Shown: positions 9,815 to 19,299 of the stretch, piece after piece
Layout: each line of letters begins with the position of its first letter
Numbering within the stretch: position 1 is the first letter of the stretch
Source of the DNA: Crenarchaeota archaeon 13_1_40CM_3_52_17
GTDB lineage: Archaea; Thermoproteota; Bathyarchaeia; 40CM-2-53-6
NCBI GenBank assembly: GCA_001918745.1
Contig: MNGN01000045.1
Coordinates: 42,829 to 106,828 of the forward strand
Direction: 5' to 3'
Length of the DNA stretch: 64,000 bases
Translations under genes and position numbers: made by a program
Notes under the pieces: generated by a model
Seen by the model: only the letters and a program-made list of their open reading frames with translations
Databases searched by the model: none
Told to the model about the DNA's origin: nothing

Positions 9815-10879
9815 CTAGAGCATTGCACCTGTCGGGTACAACACGTAGTTTGAGAAGTTGGGGAACGGCTTTGAGGACATGAAGAGGTAGTTGTCCAGTA
9901 TTCTCATCTTTTGTTCCAGTGCAACCTGCATTATCTGTTCATTCGAGCCTGTCGCGGCAATTCCCACGTTCGCTGCTCCTCCAGCTTTGGCCAGTTGGAA
10001 AGCAGACCTCAAAGTATCCCGAAATATTTCATGCGACACGGTCGCTAGCGGGCCTACCCTCCCATTCTGCCAGACATACGCGTATCCGACCGGTTGAATT
10101 CCCGTGGTAAAAAGGTGGCATCGTACGCTGGGAAGGCTGAACAGGAACTCGTGGTTTTTCTCGCGAGGATAGCCGAGAGATAGCTCGTCGATCCGGGTAA
10201 GACTGCTTCTGGCCTTTTCGAAGTCGACAATTCTCTCGTTTGTCAACTTATTCGAGGCGTCGGTCTTCACCTGTTGGCTTGAACCTTCCATCCAGTAGAG
10301 GGGTTCCCGGGGATAGATTCCATGACGCGCGTACAGGGAAATAGAAACAGGATTGTAGGCGAAGGTTACCAAGGCCCGATTAGTGATACCGGCGCTTTTG
10401 TGGTGTTTCATCGCTATCTCCATGAGATTCTGTCCGATGTTGCGACCCTGATGCTCGGGTGAGACGAACAGGTGTGCGAGATACCATAGCGATCCTCGAA
10501 CCCAGCTCAATGTTAATCCGGCCATTTTCCCTTCTACTTCTGCGATCCAGAATCCCTCGCCGTCCTCTTTCAAACCCATATCGAACCAGGGAAAACTTTG
10601 CTGAGGAATCGCTGGCAATTTAGGGGAGGCGAACGGTGAGGAGTTGAAGAATCCGTGTTCTCTCAAGACACCGTCAAACGAGGTTCTGATGAGACTGAGG
10701 ATCTCCGGGAAATCTTCCGCTTTCGCCTTCCGATATGATACGTCTGACAATGTCCAACGACGGAACCGACAATCGAGACATAAACTTGAGTGACGGAGGA
10801 CGCGAAGGTGTAGGGGTCTCAATTGTGCTCGCTTGTGCACGGCCCGTTGAAATATTCCGATCGCCCTATTAGTCACCAC
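9815..10879 (-). CDS. GNAT-family N-acetyltransferase (two-domain)
   Basis: It has the acetyl-CoA-binding-type motif VSPEHQGRNIGQNLMEIAMKH. The N-terminal ~40 aa of the listed ORF look non-coding, so the true start is probably internal. Confidence 0.7.
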   Translation of the reverse strand: MVTNRAIGIFQRAVHKRAQLRPLHLRVLRHSSLCLDCRFRRWTLSDVSYRKAKAEDFPEILSLIRTSFDGVLREHGFFNSSPFASPKLPAIPQQSFPWFDMGLKEDGEGFWIAEVEGKMAGLTLSWVRGSLWYLAHLFVSPEHQGRNIGQNLMEIAMKHHKSAGITNRALVTFAYNPVSISLYARHGIYPREPLYWMEGSSQQVKTDASNKLTNERIVDFEKARSSLTRIDELSLGYPREKNHEFLFSLPSVRCHLFTTGIQPVGYAYVWQNGRVGPLATVSHEIFRDTLRSAFQLAKAGGAANVGIAATGSNEQIMQVALEQKMRILDNYLFMSSKPFPNFSNYVLYPTGAML

Positions 10880-11695
10880 CCGGAAGTTGTTCTCGTGGCT
10901 TTACGATGGTGGATCTACGGATCCATCCTTCCCCTGTTGCTCTCTTCAATTGTCCTCGTGGGCAACACGGCAAGAACTGTGAGGGTGGACCTCCCACCCG
11001 CGCTAGACGGCGTAGGAACTCGTACTACCTGTCAGGCTAGAGCCTGCGCGGCACAGCAACTCACTACCAGCTTTGGGAATGATATAGTTGTTCTATTCGT
11101 CCGCACAGGCAGTAACACGACTACGCTTGCACTAAGTGATAGTAGTGGTATAGTCTTTACTGAGCGGCTTTCGTACGCTTCCAGCGAATTCCATGGAGGA
11201 ATGATCCGGGAATACTATGCAGTATCGATCTCGCCTCTGAATTCTGATAATATTACGGTTGTTCCAGATCAGTGCTGCTACACAATTCGCGGAATGCAAG
11301 TTCTCGGTATCTCAGGTGCTGACACCTCGACGATCTACGATCAGAACAAATCTGTTCCCGCAACAGTGTCCTGCCCAAGTGAAGTATGCGGTTATTGTCA
11401 TGCTGACGCTAACACGAACCCGGGAACATGTTCTGCCTCAATACACTCCTCCGGCGCAGACTTTGTAATAGTGGCAACACAGATCAATGACACTCCAGGG
11501 TGCGGAGGCTACTCAAGCTCGCCAGCAGGATACCGTCCCCCATCAGGGTTCACGAGGATAACAGCTCCAAACGGTAACTTCGAAGTCGACTACACGATAA
11601 CTAAGGCGTCAAGACAGGTTGAGTTTGACTGCAGTGGCACGGACGCGACGGCAATAGTAGTCGACGCAATCACCTCATCAGTCCTAACTGACTAA
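10823..11695 (+). CDS. Cys-rich secreted/membrane-anchored hypothetical protein
   Basis: There is a TM/signal segment (WWIYGSILPLLLSSIVLVG) followed by a Cys-rich extracytoplasmic region. The start is uncertain because it overlaps the GNAT 5' end. Confidence 0.5.
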   Translation: MCSLVHGPLKYSDRPISHHPEVVLVALRWWIYGSILPLLLSSIVLVGNTARTVRVDLPPALDGVGTRTTCQARACAAQQLTTSFGNDIVVLFVRTGSNTTTLALSDSSGIVFTERLSYASSEFHGGMIREYYAVSISPLNSDNITVVPDQCCYTIRGMQVLGISGADTSTIYDQNKSVPATVSCPSEVCGYCHADANTNPGTCSASIHSSGADFVIVATQINDTPGCGGYSSSPAGYRPPSGFTRITAPNGNFEVDYTITKASRQVEFDCSGTDATAIVVDAITSSVLTD

Positions 11696-11744
11696 GATAT
11701 TTGGCTCCGAGGGCACAGGCTGGGCTAGGAACGATTCCACTGAT

Positions 11745-12515
11745 CTAGAATATTGTTGTAAGTAGGAAAATGCCTGTTGCGAGGAAGCCTGCTCCTACGA
11801 GCTTCGAGATCACAGCACCGAACGGGACAATCTTCTCTGTGAATATGATTATTGAGAAGACTCCCATCAACGGGAGGCTCATCGCTCCGACGGTCAACAA
11901 CCCGGCCATCAGGGCCCAGCAACACCGAGTGCAGAATAGTCCGTAGTCGGCCCCCATCAGCGCGGCCCCGGTCTTTCCGCCCCGCCACCGTGTTAGCAGG
12001 AAGGTCATCGGACTACGGCACTTCATCAACGCATTGTGCTTGAACCGGGTGAATTGGTAGAGGCCTACGAGAATCATGACTAGGCCTGCCCAGAGGCCGA
12101 AGGCGACAACACCGGTGGGTAGGGCTGTGAAGTCTAGGCCGGAGATTGCGAGGTAGAGTCCAGTCCCAACGATGATCCAGATGGCGACGTACGCGAGAAC
12201 GAAGAGACCGGAGCTGGTTGAGACGCCTGTCTTGTACGGCGTGGTGGGGGTCTCGGCTTCTGGGGGCTTTCGCGCCGACACTGATAGTGTGTAGACCATT
12301 GGGATGAGAGATGGAAACATCATAGCTACCATTCCAACTCCCCAGATCGCAGTGAACAAGAGCAGGGCTGCGGGGTCGAGCATGCCAGTCATGGGCATGT
12401 TAGCGTTGGCGACGACTAGCCAAGAGAGAATTGACAGGGCCCCTAGTGTCGCGCCGAGAACGTAGGCTACACGTGGGAGCGCGCGAAGTGTTGTCCCTAG
12501 AGTACGGACCTGCAA
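11745..12515 (-). CDS. DUF2182-family predicted metal-binding membrane protein
   Basis: 256 aa and multi-TM. CRSPMTFLLTRWRGGKTGAALMGADYGLFCTRCCWALM matches my recollection of the DUF2182 core. Confidence 0.75.
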   Translation of the reverse strand: MQVRTLGTTLRALPRVAYVLGATLGALSILSWLVVANANMPMTGMLDPAALLLFTAIWGVGMVAMMFPSLIPMVYTLSVSARKPPEAETPTTPYKTGVSTSSGLFVLAYVAIWIIVGTGLYLAISGLDFTALPTGVVAFGLWAGLVMILVGLYQFTRFKHNALMKCRSPMTFLLTRWRGGKTGAALMGADYGLFCTRCCWALMAGLLTVGAMSLPLMGVFSIIIFTEKIVPFGAVISKLVGAGFLATGIFLLTTIF

Positions 12516-12549
12516 GGCTGGAAATGTCTTAGACTCGAACGTGTTCTGT

Positions 12550-13260
12550 TTATCCGATGCAGCCCTTGTCGGTTATCTTGACGATGGTGACGAACCCCGC
12601 CCGGTTATCATGTTTAGCATGAATCTCCCTGTCTCCTATCCACCATTTCTTGATGTTGGTCACAATCGCCTTCTTCCAGTTGATCCCGTCGGGGAGGACG
12701 ACTGTTCCCTTGAACTTTTCACCCGTCACAGGATTTGTAATGTGTGATGAGCGAACTTCTCCGATGCCGTCAACCTGGAACCAGCTGTTGTAGCCGTTAT
12801 AGTGGAATTCAACCTTAACGACCTTCGTCGGGAGTGTTTTCGCCCAGGTCTTGGGGAATACTTCGAAGACTCCTCCTCCGTGCTTGCCGCTGAAAATCGC
12901 CTCTACAGCTTTCCGTTGCTCAAGGGTCGTGCTCACGTCGATGTAGAGAGCTCCGATACCGTTTCCTTCATGTATGGCCTTCGGCCACCAGAGACCCTCG
13001 GCGAAAACTACACCATCAAGCTTGGTATCGCCGAACTTTCCTTTCCTCACCCTGTAGGCTACAAGTGCTTCGCAATTACCATGTGTGGGAAGCGCGTCAA
13101 AGTTGCACGGACATCCCCAGTCACAATTACAGCTCTGGATATATTCCGCATCAATATTCCATTTCGTCTTGACAACCAACAGGGAATCAGAATGCTCGCA
13201 CGCCGTCATCTGGATATAAGATGATACGCCTGTAGTTGTAATTCCGCGGCTGTGACTCAA
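12550..13260 (-). CDS. DUF1326-family protein
   Basis: WNIDAEYIQSCNCDWGCPCNF is the Cys-rich DUF1326 N-terminal signature. The likely true start is the internal Met (MTACEH..., about nt 13209). Confidence 0.75.
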   Translation of the reverse strand: MSHSRGITTTGVSSYIQMTACEHSDSLLVVKTKWNIDAEYIQSCNCDWGCPCNFDALPTHGNCEALVAYRVRKGKFGDTKLDGVVFAEGLWWPKAIHEGNGIGALYIDVSTTLEQRKAVEAIFSGKHGGGVFEVFPKTWAKTLPTKVVKVEFHYNGYNSWFQVDGIGEVRSSHITNPVTGEKFKGTVVLPDGINWKKAIVTNIKKWWIGDREIHAKHDNRAGFVTIVKITDKGCIG

Positions 13261-13334
13261 GGAGTATTTGTTCTACCTAGGAAACCGAACGGGATAATAC
13301 ACATGGACTGTTTAGGGACGCGCAATGACGCTGA

Positions 13335-13445
13335 AGGTCAGAAGCGAAGCTGCTTCCGTTTCATGGAAATGGACCCTACTGCTACTCTAACGCAGCTTTA
13401 GTGGCGGTGACACAAGTCGTCCGGTTGCCTGGCGGACGCTCTTAG
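13335..13445 (+). pseudogene. start-less relic of a paralogue of the 8843..9802 gene
   Basis: A 37-codon open stretch reads RSEAKLLPFHGNGPYCYSNAA..., compared with RAEAKVIPFRGNGPYCYSNTA at 8843..9802. Nucleotides 13339-13397 match 8856-8914 at 51/59 positions by hand alignment. It has no start codon and abuts the stop of the FAD oxidase gene. Confidence 0.6.
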
Positions 13446-14926
13446 ACTGAAGGCTTGATGTTCTGGTTCATGTGGAAGAGGTTTTTCGGATCCCACTTGT
13501 TTTTGACTTCTACGAGACGTTTCCATACTGCTGGCTTGTAGGCGGCCTGGATTCGGTCGGTCTCCTCCGCCGTCATGAAGTTGACGTAGACCCCACCTGT
13601 GGAATACGGTGCGGATGCTTTGAAGAATGCCCTGGCCCAGGAAGTGCACTTTTGGTCCTCGTTCGGTGTCTCCCATCGGCCATGGACGTTCATCACGAAC
13701 TTGGCGTCCCGCTGAGAATAGGCTGTCTCGTCCGATGCAACCCGCGAAGCCTTACCCCCTACGAGCCCGATGAAAATCTCGCAATGGGGTGATGGAAGCT
13801 TGCCCGCGTACTCGATCATCGAGTCGAGGGCCGAGTCATTCAAGGTCGAAAAATTGTGCGACTTCCAATAGTTTCGGAAGCCGGGGGTGAGAAGGGGGTC
13901 AAAGGCGCGCTGCCACATCACATAGGGCTGAGATCCCACATGTTCACCAAGGACCTTTGCGAAGCTCCGAATGGGAGCGATCAGTTTCTCGCCCTTCGCA
14001 GCATCTCCAGCATAAAAGATGGCGAACACGACGATTTCTTTCCCGTGGACTTCAGCTGGCAGAAATGGCAAGGGTGGTGCCTTTCTCAAGACTACCCAAA
14101 TGCTCAGGTCGTCCGGCATGTGTTCGACGAACTCTCGATATTTCCTCAAGACCGTCTTGGCTTCGTCGAAGGGGAAAACAATCAATCCGCTGAACACAGT
14201 AGGACCAACGGGATGCAATTGGAACTCGAAGGAAGTGACGATGCCAAAGTTCCCGCCGCCACCGCGGATGCCCCAGAACAGGTCCGGATTCTCACTGGCA
14301 CTTGCTCGGACCAGCTTTCCGTCGGCTGTCACCACGTCCGCTGATACGAGGTTGTCCACTGACATTCCATATTTTCGACTGAGCCACCCAAAACCGCCGC
14401 CAAGAGTGAGCCCGGCCACGCCCGTAGTCGAGTTTATTCCCAAGGGCGTGGCTAGCCCAAAGACCTGGGCGTCGTGATCGAAGTCCGCTAGAGTCGCACC
14501 TGGCTCAACAAATGCACGCCGCTCTTTCAGATCTACCCGCACCGATTTCATCGGCGAGAGGTCGATCACTAGTCCTCCGTCGCACACCGCGTTGCCGGCG
14601 ATGTTATGGCCGCCACCGCGTATGGAGACTAGTAAGTCGTTCTCTCTAGCAAAATCCACGGCATGTATTACATCGGCAGCTCCGGCACATCGCGCAATGA
14701 GCGCCGGCCGTTTGTCTATCATGGCGTTCCAGATTGTTCGCCCCTTGTCATAACCAGGAGAGTCGGATGTGAGAAGCTCTCCTCGGATGTTTCCCTTCAG
14801 TTCCTTGACCGCTGTTTCGCTAATATCGAATCTCCCCCTAGAAGTGACAACCTGCAAGTTTCGAATCCTCAACGAGGGCAGATTCTCGCGCGATAAAACG
14901 GTTTGTGACAGTTCGCAGATAGCCAA
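13442..14926 (-). CDS. FAD-binding (FAD-linked oxidase/BBE-type) oxidoreductase
   Basis: 494 aa with FAD_binding_4-like SIRGGGHNIAGNAV and a BBE-like C-terminus (WDPKNLFHMNQNIKP). Confidence 0.9.
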   Translation of the reverse strand: MAICELSQTVLSRENLPSLRIRNLQVVTSRGRFDISETAVKELKGNIRGELLTSDSPGYDKGRTIWNAMIDKRPALIARCAGAADVIHAVDFARENDLLVSIRGGGHNIAGNAVCDGGLVIDLSPMKSVRVDLKERRAFVEPGATLADFDHDAQVFGLATPLGINSTTGVAGLTLGGGFGWLSRKYGMSVDNLVSADVVTADGKLVRASASENPDLFWGIRGGGGNFGIVTSFEFQLHPVGPTVFSGLIVFPFDEAKTVLRKYREFVEHMPDDLSIWVVLRKAPPLPFLPAEVHGKEIVVFAIFYAGDAAKGEKLIAPIRSFAKVLGEHVGSQPYVMWQRAFDPLLTPGFRNYWKSHNFSTLNDSALDSMIEYAGKLPSPHCEIFIGLVGGKASRVASDETAYSQRDAKFVMNVHGRWETPNEDQKCTSWARAFFKASAPYSTGGVYVNFMTAEETDRIQAAYKPAVWKRLVEVKNKWDPKNLFHMNQNIKPSV

Positions 14927-15169
14927 GAGAGGATTCTGGCATACGTTGATAGCTAGAGGCAGGACCTACGCAATCCGGGTGCACTGAAGTTCCATGCGCC
15001 TGAGTCTAGAGGCGGAGAGCTGTTAATGCGAACCGGGAGGAAGAGCCCGTTTCTTGTAAGCTCGAATGGTATTCTAGTGCCAGTTCTGGGGTTACTGAAC
15101 CGGAACCTCGGTTCCTGCATTGTAAGATGAAAGAAAAAATTGGGAGATTTATTTTCTAAGAATCGTGGT

Positions 15170-16291
15170 CTAGAGTTGGATCTTGCCGTTATTGACCAGT
15201 GTGTAGCCGTCCACTGCTAGTGTTGGTTTTCTGAGGGTCTCTTCATGCCCGAATTGTGTCTCATTGGTTCCGCCGATGCCCTTGTTGCCTCCGATACCGA
15301 TGCTGACGGTGCCCTGGACGACGCGGTCGTTGAAGAACCCGATCAGTTCTGCTCTCGGATTGAGACCTATCGCAATGTTACTGACGCGGTCCTTGTCGCC
15401 TGATGCGTTATCGTAGAGCCACTTGAAAGAGTCAAGATTGGCCTGTGCCGTGTACTTTGTCAGTTGTCCGTTCTGGAATTCCAGTTGTAGACCTGACAGG
15501 ACCTTTCCGGCGAGTGCTGTTGGCTGGTCGAAGAGCACTTTTCCCTGAGCGCTTGTCTCATCGGGTGCCAGTTCGATTGCTCCGGCGGGAAGTGCTTCGA
15601 AGAGTGTTCCCTTGTCAAGATCGGTCTTGTCTATGATACCATCGTGGATGTGTACTGGCCGGTTCTTGAGTTTGAGCTGGAGGTCGGTGCCGTTTGCCGC
15701 CGTAATTCTGACGTTGGTGGCGTTTCGTAGTTTTGACTCGATCTTCGCGGCTTGGGCCGAGATTTTGTCATGATCGACGTCGAGGCTGTTGGTTGTGACG
15801 CGTTGCCAGTTTTCATAGTCGAATCCGTATGTCCTTGCTCGTTCGGGCGTTACTAGTCCGACTGGTAGGTTGAGGACGCGGATTTTTCGTTCGAGGAACT
15901 TGTCGCCTATGGCTTTTTGTCCTTCGAACATCTTGCCTGTTCTTTCGCCTGGCACTGTCGGGAAGTTTGATGGATCTTTGGGTCCGCCGAGCTGGATCAT
16001 TGCGTCTGTCTGGTCGAGAAGGGAGAGGAAGCCTTTCTGTCGACGGGTGAATTGTTCCTCTGGGACCTCTTTGAGGTATGCCCAGTAGAAATCGTTGCCC
16101 ATGAGGGTCGAGGTAGAGATACCGCCCGCGTGTTCGACTTCCAGTGCTAGCGCGGTGGCATATTCGAGGGTGTGATCCCACGAGGCGATGATTACTTGCT
16201 CGTTTGGTTGGACTTGTAGGCATTCGTTGACGAGACGGTTGGCGATCTGTTTGGTTGATTGGGGTTTGGAGAGTTGTTGTGTCATTGTCAC
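15170..16291 (-). CDS. M29-family (aminopeptidase T/AmpS-like) aminopeptidase
   Basis: 373 aa. Its overall pattern fits thermophilic metalloprotease M29 (IANRLVNECLQVQPNEQVII..., C-terminal IGIGGN...ETQFGHEET). Recognised by eye. Confidence 0.65.
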   Translation of the reverse strand: MTMTQQLSKPQSTKQIANRLVNECLQVQPNEQVIIASWDHTLEYATALALEVEHAGGISTSTLMGNDFYWAYLKEVPEEQFTRRQKGFLSLLDQTDAMIQLGGPKDPSNFPTVPGERTGKMFEGQKAIGDKFLERKIRVLNLPVGLVTPERARTYGFDYENWQRVTTNSLDVDHDKISAQAAKIESKLRNATNVRITAANGTDLQLKLKNRPVHIHDGIIDKTDLDKGTLFEALPAGAIELAPDETSAQGKVLFDQPTALAGKVLSGLQLEFQNGQLTKYTAQANLDSFKWLYDNASGDKDRVSNIAIGLNPRAELIGFFNDRVVQGTVSIGIGGNKGIGGTNETQFGHEETLRKPTLAVDGYTLVNNGKIQL

Positions 16292-16396
16292 TTTACGTTC
16301 AAATCCTTGCTTTAGCGTAAAAACAACTGCTTACTAATAACGCTATCGCCACTGTAAGAATAGGGATTTCAACACCTAACGGATTAGGTTGCGAGA

Positions 16397-17023
16397 ATGA
16401 AACCGGTCAAGATGATCACTGACCCAGTCGCCATGGAACTTCTTGGAGACGAGACTAGGCGTCGGATCATCTACTTGCTCCGAGCTCGAGAACTCACCAT
16501 CAGCCAGATTGCCGAAGAGCTCAGAATGACCCCCCAAGCCATCTACCATCACATCAAGAAATTGTTGCCTGTTGAGATGGTTGAGGTTACGCGGGAGGAT
16601 AGAGTTGACAATTTTATAGAAACATACTATCGAGCAACCGCAGAGGTCTTCTCGTTTTCCTGGGGAACGAGCGGCAAGAACCAGGCGCAGGCTGAGCAGC
16701 GGTTGAGAGACACTTTGCTGTCGCTGGACAAGTTAGGAATCAAGGTCCATGTTGAGGAATACATCGTTGCGCAGATTATCAAGACTCAAGGAAAAATCGA
16801 GACCTTCGGCGACAGACAAGAGCTAGAAGAGAAAGTGTCGAAGCTGGAAGATGTCGACTTTCTGGGCAAACAAGAACTTGCAGACGTCGCCACGATGATA
16901 TCTCTATCAGACAAGCAGTTCCAGGAATGGCTGGAGTTGCAGAAGGAGCTGAGAAAATTGTTGAGAGGCCTTCTCACAATAACAACTGGAGCCGCGAGAC
17001 AAAAGACTCGCGCTAGAGAGTAG
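16397..17023 (+). CDS. ArsR-type winged-helix transcriptional regulator with coiled-coil C-terminus
   Basis: The wHTH is ELLGDETRRRIIYLLRARELTISQIAEELRMTPQAIYHHIKKL. It is divergent from the M29 gene. Confidence 0.8.
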   Translation: MKPVKMITDPVAMELLGDETRRRIIYLLRARELTISQIAEELRMTPQAIYHHIKKLLPVEMVEVTREDRVDNFIETYYRATAEVFSFSWGTSGKNQAQAEQRLRDTLLSLDKLGIKVHVEEYIVAQIIKTQGKIETFGDRQELEEKVSKLEDVDFLGKQELADVATMISLSDKQFQEWLELQKELRKLLRGLLTITTGAARQKTRARE

Positions 17024-17036
17024 TTATGTCCCTAGC

Positions 17037-17384
17037 TTAGAGCGCTGGTGGAGAGAGGTTTGCGGGACTATGTCTAGCGTTTCGGAGAAGTTTGTAACAG
17101 CCGAGTAACACGTATCCCCAACCTGCGTAGAAGACCACGTCCATTGAAAAGGCGAACCAATCGAAATAGTAGCCGCACCGGCCGTGGAATGGAAGAGCCA
17201 AGATTAGTAGGCAATCAGTCCAGACAAAGGGAAAACCTGACCAAAGATGGGTAGAGCCTAATCCGTACAGAATTGTTCCCCAGTAGTGGGCAGACTTACT
17301 AGGTAAGCCGCAAGAAGAAAGCGGTTCTTGACCTGTGAACTCAATCGCCCGACCTTCGACGAAGAAGAACATCCGAAAGAACAA
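17037..17384 (-). CDS. possible small membrane protein
   Basis: 115-aa ORF rich in aromatic and hydrophobic residues. It overlaps the annotated 5' end of the M20 gene. Weak support. Confidence 0.3.
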   Translation of the reverse strand: MFFRMFFFVEGRAIEFTGQEPLSSCGLPSKSAHYWGTILYGLGSTHLWSGFPFVWTDCLLILALPFHGRCGYYFDWFAFSMDVVFYAGWGYVLLGCYKLLRNARHSPANLSPPAL

Positions 17385-18704
17385 TTAACATGTAAGCCGT
17401 CCTTCAGTCGACCCTCCTTGCCCTCTCAAGCTGTTATCGGACAAGTTGACCGATGGATAGATGCTCACAAGAAGGACCTAGTCGATCTTACCTGCCGCCT
17501 CGTCAGTATTGATACGACTGTTCCTCCGGGTCTGAACTATCCCAAGATCTCGCAGGTTCTTGCAAAGGAGCTCAAAGAGCTGGGTGTTACGCCTTCTGTA
17601 AGCCATATTCCCGAGACCACGATCAAAAGAAGGGTTAGCCCTGAGGTCGGCTTGAAGGGCCCCCGGCCGAATACGTATGCGACTCTCAAGGGCGAGGGTG
17701 AAGGTCCGAAGATACTTCTCAACGGGCATGTGGATGTTGTCCCCGCGGACCCGTCAGGATGGACAAACGACCCGTTTGATCCCACAATAAGGAATGGCCA
17801 GATTTACGGACGGGGAGCGGCTGACATGAAAGGGTCTGACGCTTGTACGATTTTTTCGTTGAAAGCGTTAGTGGAGACTAGTGCGAAGTTTGCCGGGTCG
17901 ATTATTCCGACTTTTACAACTGATGAGGAGGTGGGAGGGTATACCGGTGTCAATCATCTTGTCGATAAGCATGTGATCACGAAGGATATCGACTATTGCC
18001 TTTCCGCTGATAGCGGGATAGAAGTGCTACATGTCGCGGCTCTTGGTGATTCAGAGTTTGTCATCACTGTGAAAGGGGTGGCAGCGCATTCGGGACGCGG
18101 ATGGACAGGTATCAACGCAATCGAGGAGGCGGCTAGTTTGATCGAAAAACTGAAGGTTCTAGGTCAGGAAGTTGGAAAGAGAAAATCGAAGATTCCGGCG
18201 GAGCCGATGTACGGGACGAAGAAGATGCGGCCAGGCCTCTACATCAACATGATCAAGGGCGGCCTGAAAGGCAACATAATACCCGATACATGCGAGGTCC
18301 TAGTCGATAGGCGATTCATACCAGAAGAGAAAGCTGAGATAGTCGAAAGAGAGATCAGCAAGATCGTCAGGGAGTTTGCAAAAGATAGTCCAGCAAAGGT
18401 CTCGATGAAGAAGATTCTCGGATATGAGCCGATGATAACACCTCCAAACCACAAGCTTGTCAAAGTAGTTAGGAAAGAAGCGAGAAAAGTTCTAGGACGA
18501 GACACGCCCCCGGCTGGAAGTCAGGGATCTACTGACATGGCAACTGTCACCCAACTAGGCATACCCGTAACCGTGCTAGGCGCATGCAGACAAGACAGCA
18601 ACATTCACGGAATAGACGAACACGTACGCATAAACGACCTAGTAAGCGTCACAAAAATCCTAACACACTCATACCTCGAACTACTACCGACTCGAAGCCA
18701 ATAA
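17328..18704 (+). CDS. M20-family metallopeptidase (ArgE/DapE/CPG2-like)
   Basis: Motifs LNGHVDVVPA, GRGAADMKG and TTDEEVGG are present, with a C-terminal GSTDMA...HGIDEHV. The true start may lie downstream of 17328. Confidence 0.85.
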   Translation: MTCELNRPTFDEEEHPKEQLTCKPSFSRPSLPSQAVIGQVDRWIDAHKKDLVDLTCRLVSIDTTVPPGLNYPKISQVLAKELKELGVTPSVSHIPETTIKRRVSPEVGLKGPRPNTYATLKGEGEGPKILLNGHVDVVPADPSGWTNDPFDPTIRNGQIYGRGAADMKGSDACTIFSLKALVETSAKFAGSIIPTFTTDEEVGGYTGVNHLVDKHVITKDIDYCLSADSGIEVLHVAALGDSEFVITVKGVAAHSGRGWTGINAIEEAASLIEKLKVLGQEVGKRKSKIPAEPMYGTKKMRPGLYINMIKGGLKGNIIPDTCEVLVDRRFIPEEKAEIVEREISKIVREFAKDSPAKVSMKKILGYEPMITPPNHKLVKVVRKEARKVLGRDTPPAGSQGSTDMATVTQLGIPVTVLGACRQDSNIHGIDEHVRINDLVSVTKILTHSYLELLPTRSQ

Positions 18705-18763
18705 TCGCTAGGCAACTAATTCATTGGCAAAAACAAGTGCCGCGCTGAAGGTGTTAGCGTTGC

Positions 18764-19285
18764 TTACGAGGCCGCCTTACTCTCGAGCGCTTCAAGCGTA
18801 GACTCAACCTTCTTCTTGCCGCGTTCAGTCAAAGAATAGAGCTTCTCTTTCTTTCCGGAAGGGGCTGACATGATGAAGCCCCTGCGCTCAGATCAGTGTG
18901 GTTCGGAATCCAACCAGTTGTATTTGATTGGTTTGCCGAGTTCTTTTGAGAGGGACAATATTTGGTCATAGCTCAATGGTTTCTTGGCATAATGGAGCAG
19001 AAGCAAAAAGAGATCGAATCGATTCATGTCATCAATATGACTGAGAATAGCTTCCTTCTCGTTTGGCGGAACACTGAGCTAGTTCAGCGAAATTATTGTT
19101 TGTTCGTAAATGGCGGGTACAGATAACGGGAAGTCCTTGGCGGCTCTCTGCAGTAGTTCTTTGTGGGAAGTGATATGCTGGTTAACAGCCTCAAAGCCCT
19201 CCTTCAGATTACTTCCTTCTCGGTCGGTCTTGAAACTGAATGTTACGTTGCCGGACTGAACTCCAACGATGATTTCATTCTCCAT
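18764..19285 (-). pseudogene. winged-helix regulator gene interrupted by in-frame TAG (19079-19081) and TGA (18893-18895)
   Basis: A single frame reads MENEII...IISLN*LSVPPNEKEAILSHIDDMNRFDLFLLLLHYAKKPLSYDQILSLSKELGKPIKYNWLDSEPH*SERRGFIMSAPSGKKEKLYSLTERGKKKVESTLEALESKAAS*. The wHTH helix and its wing (GFI...KxYxLTxxG) lie on opposite sides of the TGA. Confidence 0.5.
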
Positions 19286-19299
19286 TCCCTTTCACCTTA

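Noticed and set aside
13856-14477. Several 78-162-aa ORFs antisense to the FAD oxidase gene
   Set aside because: They are shadow ORFs opposite a strongly supported 494-aa enzyme gene.
18893-19081. In-frame TAG/TGA as pyrrolysine or selenocysteine recoding, or an altered genetic code
   Set aside because: TAG and TGA terminate many well-supported genes in this window (for example trx, the CDGSH gene and the 874-aa gene). No Pyl or Sec machinery or SECIS-like context is visible. A pseudogene is the simpler explanation.
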